This document shows, piece after piece, positions 38,140 to 45,491 of a DNA stretch of 64,000 bases. The stretch is from a virus. Each line of letters starts with the position of its first letter. Position 1 is the first letter of the stretch. The DNA is taken from IMG/VR virus record IMGVR_UViG_3300042922_000265, positions 64,001 through 128,000 of that record; one strand, given 5' to 3'. Position numbers and translations under genes: made by a program. Under the pieces are notes generated by a model that saw only the letters and a list, made by a program, of their open reading frames with translations, ran no database searches and was not told the origin of the DNA.

Positions 38140-41100
38140 CTACTTGAACTGGGGCTTGACCCAGTTGCCCTTGTCGTCGCGTTTTGCCCAGTCCTTGGGC
38201 GGCTGCTTGCCCGGCGTGGTAACTGGCGGCTCCTTCGGGCCTTCCTCGTAGCCCTTGTTGTCGTCGTCGCTGTAGACGGTCCAGTCCGCAAAGAAGTCGC
38301 GGCTGGCCTGCTTCTGTGGGCAGTGATGGACGTTGGGGTCCCACAGCATGGCGTCGCAAGCCGAGCAGAACTTCTCCCCGTTGCGGGTCACCACGTTGTG
38401 GTCATCGTCGCCGTAGTCCGCACCGATGCGAGAGAACGCACCCTGCTGTGCGCCCTGGTCGGCGTACGGCCAGTGGCCAAAGCTGGCCGTCTTGGAGGTC
38501 TCCATGTCGGTCTCACCGGGGGCGTGCGGTGTCGGCGCACTGTCCAGCTCGTCGTCGGCGAAGAAGTCGATGTCCTCGGCGTAGTCCTGGAACGGTCCGT
38601 CACCGGACTCGTTGTTGGACTCCTCGGTATCAGCCTCGAACTGCCGGTTGGCCATGATCACGTTCTCGCGGACCGGGATCTCGCGAGCCAGGAACATCTG
38701 CGCTTCCTCGCCGCTGGCCAGGTGCTGGCCGGTGCCGATTGCGTAGGTGTACCAGAGCTTGCCGCAGCGGCACATACCGTGGCTCGGTGGCAGATGAGAC
38801 TGACCGCACGGGCAATGGAACGCCTGACGGATATGGCTCACGTAGCCATTGAGGTGATCGTCGAACTCCCACCCGGCCACCTTGGGCTGGAAGACGCTGG
38901 CCGTCTTCGGGTGCGGCTCCAGGCCCAGGGTCTCATGCAGCTTGTCTTGGGCGCGCGGGCCGACCTTCTTGTTCTGGAGGAACTGGTCGACCTCGCCCTC
39001 GCCGCCGATGTCCAGACCCTGCTCGCCACGGCGCTTGTCGTAGCGCTGGTAGTCCTCGACTACGCCCGAGGTCTTGGCCTTGGGCAGATCGTTGACGTCC
39101 ATGTTGTCGCTGAACTGCGGCTTCTCGCTGTGTCCGGGGAACTCGAATGCATCCATCGAGTCGCCGCCGCTGGGGGGCTTCCATGTCTCACCCCCCGTCC
39201 GGGTGGTGTTACTGGCGAAAGGGTGGCGGCTCCCCATGTGGACGGCGTCCACACCCATCGGCACGCCCGCGCTGGCCATGAACTGGCCCGCGTTGAACCG
39301 GACGTTGTCCTGGCCGAACATGTCGGCCAGCGACGCGGCGATGCCCATCCGGTGCTCCGGCGGCAGGCTCTGGATGGCCTCGGCGACATGCTGGTAGTGC
39401 TTGCGGCTCATGGCCTCCAGCAGCATGTTGTAGCCGTTGACGCTCAGGTCGTAGTGACGCGCGATCTTGAGGGCGTGACCGGCCAGAGCGAGCTGACGGC
39501 TGGCTTCCTTCTTCTCGCTGGAGCCCGAGTCGCTGCCGCCGCCCGAGGACTCACCGCCTCCGGCGGGAGCCGCAGGTGCTGCCGGGGCTGGCGGTGCCAT
39601 ACCGGCCTGCTGCGACGCGGCGGCTGCCGGGTCCACAGCGCTCTGCGGACTGACGTCCACGGTGCCTTCCGGCGGGGTGACGTCCAGCGGATTGGCGGCC
39701 TGCTCGACCGACCGCGCGAACTCGATCGCCTGAACCGCCTGCTGCAGCGGGTCGATGATCATCTGGTATTCCTGCGTCTTCTGGTCAACCAGCTGCGTGA
39801 CAGCCTGGCCAGCCTGATCCAGCAGGGCACCGTTGTCTACACCAGGTGTAGTCGGAGCGGCAGGCGGAGCCGATGGGTCCGGGGCCGCTCCTGGTGCGGC
39901 AGGGGCAGCCGGGGCCGGAGCGGCGGCGGCGGGCTGCTCACCAAAAGACTGCTTGCGCCGTCCCATGTGCGGCGGAGGTCCACCAGGACCTGACGACGGC
40001 CCTTGTGGGGCACCTCCGGCGCTTTCCATCAGGATCTGCTCCAGGGTGCCCGGAGGCAGGCCCAGCGCGTCCTCGATCTGCTCTACAGCCACCAGTTCGG
40101 TATCCGGCGGTAGGGCTCCTGCGGCGTCGGGAGCGTATTCCTCGACTCCCGAGAAGTCATCCTGAGCCAGCGGCGGAGCGTCTGACAGATCCGGCGGTCC
40201 CGGAGGTGCTTGCGGGTCGCCGGGCGGTGGCCCAGCAGGATCGCCGCCGTCTTCAGGACCGAGATCAGGTGGCCCAGGCGGAGCTTCAGGATCACCAGCC
40301 GGTCCCGCATCGTCCGCCGGAGGGCCGGGTGCCTCTTCAGGCGCATCCGAAGGCGGGCCATCTTCACCCCCATCCGAGAACGGGTTCTCCGACGAACCGC
40401 CACTGTCACTGTCTGACGAGTCGCCATCGTTGCTCTCGGTGTCGTCGGACTCCGACTCGCCGCCCTTCTCAGCCGCGCCCGACGGCGGTCCGTCGCTGTC
40501 GGTGTCGCTGCCCTCAGGACCGTCGGTGTCCTTGTCGTCCGAGCCGCTGCTGGACTCGCTGTCGTGGCTGTCCGACGAGTCATCGTCGTCGCAGTCGCAG
40601 TTCTCGTCGGCCTGGCGAATCAGGTTCGCGAGCATGAAGTAGGTGGAGTCGTCGATGCCGGTGTCGGCATAGTGGTTCAGGGTGGACAGCTTGGCCACGC
40701 GCAGACCGTTGTCGCTGGCGAAGTCCTTGTACAGCTCCACGGCCAGACGGCGCGCTTCCCGGTGAGTTCCGGTGTCGCCACCCTCGCTGAAATTGCGCTC
40801 GACCTTCTCTGGTCCGCCCTGGTCCACCGAGTCCAGGTAGGCGTCGAAGTTGCCCTCCGGGATCAGGTCACCGTCGTCGAAGTCCTCGGCCAGCAGCTGG
40901 CGCGCGGCGTGGCGCGGGTCCTTGTGCTTGGGGACGTTGGGGTCCTTGTTCTTGCCCTCGGCATCTGAGCCGTCCCCGGTGTTGGTCTCGACCTCATCGG
41001 TGACCGACTTGTCGCCGTCCTGGACTTTCTTGTACTGGGAATCGGAGATGGTGCGGCTGTCGCCGTCGCCATCATCCTTCGGCTTCTTGGTGGGGTCGTC

Positions 41101-41397
41101 GGAGTTGTCCTCGCCCAGGGTGGCCACGAACTCACGCTTCATCGCGTTGTGAACGCGGCGCATGACTCCGGTGTTGGGGAAGGCTCCGGCAGCCTCGATG
41201 GTCTTGCGGATGTCCGCCTTGGCGTGGTGCCAGCGGTCCTCGAACTCGTCCTTGCCGGTGCTGCCCATGAGGAACGGTCCGTAATCGTCCCGGACGTTCT
41301 GGACTGCGGTGGCCAGTCGGGTGGCTGCCACCCGTGCCTGCCGCTGTGGTGCCTGCTGGGCGTCTACATCCGCCTCAAACAGCCCGAAGTCACTCAT
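38140..41397 (-). CDS. Large acidic low-complexity head-associated protein with Zn-ribbon motifs
   Basis: 1085 aa. CPCG..CRCG and CSAC..HHC. Late-promoter motif upstream. Confidence 0.65.
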   Translation of the reverse strand: MSDFGLFEADVDAQQAPQRQARVAATRLATAVQNVRDDYGPFLMGSTGKDEFEDRWHHAKADIRKTIEAAGAFPNTGVMRRVHNAMKREFVATLGEDNSDDPTKKPKDDGDGDSRTISDSQYKKVQDGDKSVTDEVETNTGDGSDAEGKNKDPNVPKHKDPRHAARQLLAEDFDDGDLIPEGNFDAYLDSVDQGGPEKVERNFSEGGDTGTHREARRLAVELYKDFASDNGLRVAKLSTLNHYADTGIDDSTYFMLANLIRQADENCDCDDDDSSDSHDSESSSGSDDKDTDGPEGSDTDSDGPPSGAAEKGGESESDDTESNDGDSSDSDSGGSSENPFSDGGEDGPPSDAPEEAPGPPADDAGPAGDPEAPPGPPDLGPEDGGDPAGPPPGDPQAPPGPPDLSDAPPLAQDDFSGVEEYAPDAAGALPPDTELVAVEQIEDALGLPPGTLEQILMESAGGAPQGPSSGPGGPPPHMGRRKQSFGEQPAAAAPAPAAPAAPGAAPDPSAPPAAPTTPGVDNGALLDQAGQAVTQLVDQKTQEYQMIIDPLQQAVQAIEFARSVEQAANPLDVTPPEGTVDVSPQSAVDPAAAASQQAGMAPPAPAAPAAPAGGGESSGGGSDSGSSEKKEASRQLALAGHALKIARHYDLSVNGYNMLLEAMSRKHYQHVAEAIQSLPPEHRMGIAASLADMFGQDNVRFNAGQFMASAGVPMGVDAVHMGSRHPFASNTTRTGGETWKPPSGGDSMDAFEFPGHSEKPQFSDNMDVNDLPKAKTSGVVEDYQRYDKRRGEQGLDIGGEGEVDQFLQNKKVGPRAQDKLHETLGLEPHPKTASVFQPKVAGWEFDDHLNGYVSHIRQAFHCPCGQSHLPPSHGMCRCGKLWYTYAIGTGQHLASGEEAQMFLAREIPVRENVIMANRQFEADTEESNNESGDGPFQDYAEDIDFFADDELDSAPTPHAPGETDMETSKTASFGHWPYADQGAQQGAFSRIGADYGDDDHNVVTRNGEKFCSACDAMLWDPNVHHCPQKQASRDFFADWTVYSDDDNKGYEEGPKEPPVTTPGKQPPKDWAKRDDKGNWVKPQFK

Positions 41398-41426
41398 TCC
41401 CTGCTCACTCCCAGTTGAAGGTGTTC

Positions 41427-41461
41427 TACACCTTCTGGAAGCTGCTGCAGGTTTCTACAGG
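41427..41461 (-). promoter_or_regulatory. Putative late promoter
   Basis: CCTGT-N22-AAGGTGTA. Confidence 0.65.
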
Positions 41462-41462
41462 T

Positions 41463-41582
41463 TGGCTGGCCCTCCCCCGTTACAGGGGACCTCCCTCGCG
41501 CTCTCTCGACGGTCTATGCGCACTACTCCGTCGGTGCCCCGCTCAGTTCGCCACCGTCAGTTGCAACATCGGGTGGAGGCCA
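41463..41582 (-). ncRNA. Structured 120-nt tRNA-like RNA ending in GCCA
   Basis: Closing stem TGGCCT/GGGCCA, T-arm-like TCCCC/GGGGA, internal stems CCACC/GGTGG and CGACGG/CCGTCG. Confidence 0.5.
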
Positions 41583-41584
41583 TG

Positions 41585-41655
41585 CGGCCCATCCCGGAGT
41601 CGAACCGGGCTATCGCTGGGGTTAGAAGCCAGCTAGGTCGCCAGACCAATGAGCC
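41585..41655 (-). tRNA. Atypical tRNA with CUA anticodon (amber suppressor / Pyl-like)
   Basis: Acceptor GGCTCAT/ATGGGCC, 4-nt D loop, GCTGG-CTT[CTA]ACC-CCAGC, canonical TTCGA T arm. Confidence 0.7.
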
Positions 41656-41656
41656 T

Positions 41657-41690
41657 TGGTGCTGCGGGTGGGTTTGACGCCACCCGCAAC
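41657..41690 (-). ncRNA. CCA-ended minihelix 1
   Basis: GTTGCGGGTGG-CGTCAAAC-CCACCCGCAGC-ACCA. Confidence 0.7.
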
Positions 41691-41691
41691 G

Positions 41692-41753
41692 CGCCCGAGC
41701 GAGGCTTTGAACCTCTACACTCTCGCGCCTCCGAAGAGGTGCACGTCTCGGGC
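41692..41753 (-). ncRNA. Truncated tRNA-like RNA (acceptor plus T arm, UUCG hairpin, no anticodon)
   Basis: GCCCGAG/CTCGGGC, GAGG-TTCAAAG-CCTC, CCTC-TTCG-GAGG. Confidence 0.6.
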
Positions 41754-41754
41754 C

Positions 41755-41788
41755 TGGTGCTGCGGGTGGCCGTTAAGCCACCCGCAAC
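41755..41788 (-). ncRNA. CCA-ended minihelix 2
   Basis: GTTGCGGGTGG-CTTAACGG-CCACCCGCAGC-ACCA. Confidence 0.7.
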
Positions 41789-41789
41789 G

Positions 41790-41894
41790 TGACCGGGGAG
41801 GGAATCGAACCCAACCCCTTTCCCGGTTGCCCTGCTCTGGTGAGCGCTCACCTCGGCGATCTTCCCGGTTCCGGTGCTCCTATTGCACCCGGCC
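41790..41894 (-). ncRNA. Enlarged tRNA-like RNA (105 nt)
   Basis: Acceptor GGCCGGG/CCCGGTC, GGG-TTCGATT-CCC T arm, D-like TGC/GCA hairpin, expanded centre containing GGTGAGCGCTCACC. Confidence 0.55.
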
Positions 41895-41895
41895 T

Positions 41896-41929
41896 TGGTG
41901 CCCCCGGTGGCTTTTACCCCACCGGGGAC
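41896..41929 (-). ncRNA. CCA-ended minihelix 3
   Basis: GTCCCCGGTGG-GGTAAAAG-CCACCGGGGGC-ACCA, with compensatory changes relative to copies 1 and 2. Confidence 0.7.
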
Positions 41930-41934
41930 AGGTC

Positions 41935-42297
41935 TTACATGGTGAAGGCGTTGCGTAGGCACAGCGGGTAGCTGGCGCAGAGCGCGGACGCTTTCTCTCC
42001 AGGTTCGATGGCGATAGCCGTGAACTCGTCACCGAGATCCGGTTCGACCACCTTGGAGACGACGAGATTGTGTCCCATGCTGGCCTCGGCGGCCAGAGTC
42101 AGGAGTTCGTTCTCGTCATTGACGTTGACGATCACGATGAAGTTGGACGTGCGAATCCACTCGCGCGTAACTTCGGGGTGCTCGTCGTAGAACTGAAAGG
42201 CTGCGTGACACGCCTGAGCGGTCTGCAAGCCTGGGGGGATGTCAGCCCGAACTGCGATGTACAGCTTGTCCATCAGTTCGCGGGGCTTCTCATTCAT
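41935..42297 (-). CDS. Peptidyl-tRNA hydrolase (Pth2 family, divergent)
   Basis: VRADIPPGLQTAQACHAA...DENEL...EPDL..TAIAIEP. Confidence 0.75.
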   Translation of the reverse strand: MNEKPRELMDKLYIAVRADIPPGLQTAQACHAAFQFYDEHPEVTREWIRTSNFIVIVNVNDENELLTLAAEASMGHNLVVSKVVEPDLGDEFTAIAIEPGEKASALCASYPLCLRNAFTM

Positions 42298-42309
42298 CTA
42301 CACCCCATC

Positions 42310-42340
42310 ACTGTAGCACATAGGATCATCGGCCTGTCAA
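42310..42340 (-). promoter_or_regulatory. SigA-like promoter for the Pth2 / RNA array unit
   Basis: TTGACA-N19-TACAGT with TG extension. A second TGC-TATAGT lies about 40 nt upstream. Confidence 0.55.
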
Positions 42341-42378
42341 CCATACTGACCACTATAGCATCTCTACAGGGTTTAGAG

Positions 42379-42460
42379 TAGCCGAAGTGGGACTCGAACC
42401 CACACGTCCGAAGACACGGCATTTTGAGTACCGCGCGTCTACCAGTTTCGCCATTCGGCC
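42379..42460 (-). tRNA. tRNA-Leu(CAA)
   Basis: Full cloverleaf, CGGTA-CT[CAA]AA-TGCCG, long variable arm, no encoded CCA. Confidence 0.92.
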
Positions 42461-42503
42461 ATCAGCTCGTCATCTCCGGCCTGCAGTCCTCGGATGACTC
42501 ACG

Positions 42504-42577
42504 TGCCCCTGGGGAGACTCGAACTCCCAACCACACGGGTTTAAACCGTGCCGCTCTACCAATTGGCGTACGAGGGC
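42504..42577 (-). tRNA. tRNA-Leu(TAA), short variable loop
   Basis: CACGG-TT[TAA]AC-CCGTG, TTCGAGT T loop. Confidence 0.88.
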
Positions 42578-42582
42578 CTACG

Positions 42583-42655
42583 TACTCCGAGCGGGACTCG
42601 AACCCGCACTGGGTGGCCTCTCAGACCACTGCCTCTGCCATTGGGCTACCGGAGC
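42583..42655 (-). tRNA. tRNA-Leu(GAG), short variable loop
   Basis: GTGGT-CT[GAG]AG-GCCAC. Confidence 0.88.
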
Positions 42656-42660
42656 TTACG

Positions 42661-42746
42661 TACCTGGAGAGGGACTCGAACCCTCACGACCGTCAAAGGC
42701 CACTGGATTCTGAGTCCAGCGCGTCTACCAATTCCACCACCCAGGC
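42661..42746 (-). tRNA. tRNA-Leu(CAG)
   Basis: CTGGA-CT[CAG]AA-TCCAG, long variable arm. Confidence 0.92.
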
Positions 42747-42774
42747 ATAGGTGCTGCTCTATTCAGTTGTCACG

Positions 42775-42857
42775 CGGAAGGTAGAGGAATCGAACCCCCA
42801 GGAATCACCCCGCCCCGGTATTCGACGCCGGTTGCCGACCATTCAGCGGTACCCTCC
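42775..42857 (-). tRNA. tRNA-Ser(CGA)
   Basis: GGAGGGT/ACCTTCC-G acceptor, GT[CGA]AT loop, long variable arm. Confidence 0.85.
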
Positions 42858-42869
42858 AAGGTTACTGCG

Positions 42870-42952
42870 CGGAAGGCGGGAGACTTGAACTCCACGGGGG
42901 TTAGTCCGTATCGGTTTAGCAAACCGACTGCATCACCTGATGCTCACCCTCC
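42870..42952 (-). tRNA. tRNA-Ser(GCT)
   Basis: TCGGT-TT[GCT]AA-ACCGA, G73 discriminator. Confidence 0.88.
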
Positions 42953-43034
42953 ATAGCGAGGGCGAACGCCCTCAACCTACGAAAGTCGTAGGGAGGATGA
43001 CAAACTCAGGCGTGTGAACATGGGATTGACTGTA

Positions 43035-44453
43035 TCAGAAGCTGTCGCGGCGGGTCAAGGGCCGCTTGGCACGCCAGTCCTCGTCACGCTGCTGGGCTAG
43101 CGGGCGGGCAACCTCCGACTCGGCGAAGGCCCGACCTTCGTCGCTCAAGTTCGGGCTGTGGTGCAGGTCAGGCTCGATGTTGTCGGTCACGTGATCAAAC
43201 ATCGCGGTGCCAACACCACGGCGCTGCCAATCCGGGTGGACTCGTAGGTCCCAGATCTCACCCTTCTTGCGCGGGTGATCGCCGATCCACTGCATGTGGC
43301 CGACCATCTGGTCACCGACGTGCGCCGAGATCGCAGGAAAGGCACCGGGGTCGACCTTCTCGCTGGGCTGGATCACGTCGGGAAAGGGGGCGGCTCCAAG
43401 CGGGTGGTGCTGAAAGGTCAGCCCCTCCGGGTACGGACCGTTGAGACCAGCCATCTGGAGAACCCTATGGCCACGTTCGGCCTTCGGACGGATGTCGACC
43501 ATCTCGCCGATGCCGTATTTGTCATGGGTGACGATCCCGTCATGTCCCTTGGCGATCAGGGCGTCAGAAAGAGCTTGGCCGGTCGCGCCGCCATGGGCCT
43601 GACTCAGATCATGCTTCCAGTTGCCATCGTTGTGCGGCATGTACAGCGGGTTCTCGAAACTGACATTGCCGCGCTCCCACCCAGGGTGGGGCGTACCCGT
43701 GGCGTACTGGCCATCGGACATGTACCGGCCCCACGGCTCGACCTTCTGGGCATAGTCATCAGGACCGGCCCACTGTCGCACGCCGCCGTTGTTGCGGATG
43801 TAGGGCATCGTCACGGCGGCAGTCCGATGAGCGTTCAGGACCATGTCGTTGGGCACGTGCTCGGGATGGTTCGGCGACCAGCGGATGTCCCAGGGAACGT
43901 CAGGGTGGTGCCCACGCCACTTCTTCGGCCACGGGCTGCCCTGCAGGGCTGCAGTGCGGTTCTGTGCCCTCTGGTCAGCCACCTGGAGGTAGGGCTTCAT
44001 CTCGGCCTCATTCTGACCAGTGTAGGGGACATGGGCGGGCGTGTACTGCTTCACCGCCGTCCATCCCCAGTCCGCCGGGTTGTCCTCGGCCTTGGTGACG
44101 TGCTGGTCACCAGGATCGTGGTAATCCGGGTCAGACTGTGCCCAGGCGCGACCGGCGCTGGAGAAGTGATTGGAGTGCCGGATCGGGTAGCTGGCCTCGT
44201 AGGTGGCCGGATCGGACTGTGCGTGCTTGAGCATGGCGCTGGCCACGCCCATCCGCTGGAAGTCCGGGTGCACGGTGATGGAATCGATCTCACCGTGCGG
44301 GTGCCAGTGCAGGTGGCCCAGAGGACGCCCATCCTGGGCGTGCCGCGCCATGATGCCGTTGGACCAGTGTGTGTCGAACGGCTCGAACGTCAGCGGTGGC
44401 AGGTCACCGTTTGCTCCAGCGGTGACGACTCCCCAGAGCCCCCAGGTGTCCAT
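43035..44453 (-). CDS. Polyvalent protein: GNAT, ADP-ribosyltransferase-like, GNAT
   Basis: Two motif-A copies (VHPDFQRMGVA, VHPDWQRRGVG) around a central FENPL...GHDGIV segment. Confidence 0.7.
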   Translation of the reverse strand: MDTWGLWGVVTAGANGDLPPLTFEPFDTHWSNGIMARHAQDGRPLGHLHWHPHGEIDSITVHPDFQRMGVASAMLKHAQSDPATYEASYPIRHSNHFSSAGRAWAQSDPDYHDPGDQHVTKAEDNPADWGWTAVKQYTPAHVPYTGQNEAEMKPYLQVADQRAQNRTAALQGSPWPKKWRGHHPDVPWDIRWSPNHPEHVPNDMVLNAHRTAAVTMPYIRNNGGVRQWAGPDDYAQKVEPWGRYMSDGQYATGTPHPGWERGNVSFENPLYMPHNDGNWKHDLSQAHGGATGQALSDALIAKGHDGIVTHDKYGIGEMVDIRPKAERGHRVLQMAGLNGPYPEGLTFQHHPLGAAPFPDVIQPSEKVDPGAFPAISAHVGDQMVGHMQWIGDHPRKKGEIWDLRVHPDWQRRGVGTAMFDHVTDNIEPDLHHSPNLSDEGRAFAESEVARPLAQQRDEDWRAKRPLTRRDSF

Positions 44454-44456
44454 CGG

Positions 44457-44681
44457 TCAGCCCTTGAGCGCCTTGATGCGGTCGGGCCGGAACCCCTGCC
44501 AGTGGGTGGCTTCGTCGACCACGACGACCGGCACACCAAGGTAGTTCAACGCCTCCACGGCGGCCTTGGCCGCCGGGTCGGTAGTGACATCGAGGACCTC
44601 ATAGTCCACCCCGACCTTCTCCAGCTCCTGCTTGGTGAGCTTGCAGGGCTGGCAGCCGGGCTTGGTGTAGAGCATGACCAT
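44457..44681 (-). CDS. nrdH: NrdH-like glutaredoxin
   Basis: CQPC active site, VPVV, WQGFRPD. Leaderless after TAGAAT. Confidence 0.9.
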   Translation of the reverse strand: MVMLYTKPGCQPCKLTKQELEKVGVDYEVLDVTTDPAAKAAVEALNYLGVPVVVVDEATHWQGFRPDRIKALKG

Positions 44682-44706
44682 GTGTATATTCTACCTTACT
44701 AGAGTA

Positions 44707-45135
44707 TTACTTAGGGAATTGCGAGCACTCGGGATACTGGTTCTTCTCCCGCGCTGCTGCCACCTTAGCCTGGTCCTTCTTGATTTCGGCGTTGACCGTG
44801 AAGAACCGCTGGAGAGCGGCCTTGTTCAGGTCAGCATTGCCCTCGCCCAGAGACAGATCGGTCACCAACTGCTCCCAGACCGCCTGGCGACGCTCGTCCA
44901 ACTTGGCGATGTCGTCGTTGTACCCCACTCGGGTGGTCAGCACATTGACCACCTGCACGAGGCAGGCGTTGGTCTCGTTGGCGAACTCTGCCGTCGCTGC
45001 GGCCTGGTTTTCTACCTGATCAGCGGTCTGCTGAGTACGTACGCCGATCCACACGATGAAGAACGTCGCGATGACCACGTAGGTCCAGAATCGCGAACTG
45101 TATGCGTAGGTCCCGTCAGCTTTCTTCTTGAACAT
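44707..45135 (-). CDS. Single-pass membrane protein with extracytoplasmic coiled coil
   Basis: ATG 45135 (MFKKK), TM segment FWTYVVIATFFIVWIGV. Confidence 0.6.
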   Translation of the reverse strand: MFKKKADGTYAYSSRFWTYVVIATFFIVWIGVRTQQTADQVENQAAATAEFANETNACLVQVVNVLTTRVGYNDDIAKLDERRQAVWEQLVTDLSLGEGNADLNKAALQRFFTVNAEIKKDQAKVAAAREKNQYPECSQFPK

Positions 45136-45256
45136 CGTCGACCTTCCTATCACGCCAGAACTTGCAGTACAGATGATGCGCGCCGACGCCAGCAAGGAAC
45201 GACACCGGGGTCTGGTAGACAGCAAACCCCTGGATCGTTTCCATGATGGTGTTCAT
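45116..45256 (-). CDS. Small membrane protein (46 aa)
   Basis: Hand-translated MNTIMETIQGFAVYQTPVSFLAGVG, TGATG-coupled. Confidence 0.5.
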   Translation of the reverse strand: MNTIMETIQGFAVYQTPVSFLAGVGAHHLYCKFWRDRKVDDVQEES

Positions 45257-45483
45257 CAGCCACCCTCATCCTCGTCGTCAGACTCAGATTTCTTGCTGCT
45301 GCTGTTCTTCTTGTCGATCGCCTCGTTGGCGAACCAGACACCGAAACTGGCCACCAAAAGCTGGTCGAGAACGGGGGGAGGAGTTGGGTCCCGCCATTGG
45401 AACAGTGCCCACAAGCACACCAGCAGAAACAAGCCGACCGTGGTCGGCTTGGTATCGGCCAGCGGGTTCTTCCACTTCGCCAC
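45256..45483 (-). CDS. Two-TM membrane protein (holin-like)
   Basis: 75 aa, two hydrophobic segments and a charged tail. Confidence 0.5.
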   Translation of the reverse strand: MAKWKNPLADTKPTTVGLFLLVCLWALFQWRDPTPPPVLDQLLVASFGVWFANEAIDKKNSSSKKSESDDEDEGG

Positions 45484-45491
45484 TACCCCTC

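Noticed and set aside
41463-41582. tmRNA
   Set aside because: Too short, no GGGGC alanine acceptor end, and no tag reading frame evident.
41585-41655. Reading the tRNA as Arg(TCT)
   Set aside because: Centering TCT breaks three of five anticodon-stem pairs, while GCTGG/CCAGC centres CTA.
41657-41929. Repeat-spacer pattern as a mini CRISPR array
   Set aside because: Spacers are unequal (64 and 107 nt) and are themselves tRNA-like. Repeats vary with compensatory changes and end in CCA. No cas genes are present.
41633-41962. 109-aa minus-strand ORF and overlapping plus-strand ORFs across the RNA array
   Set aside because: No RBS or protein-like composition. RNA structure explains the sequence better.
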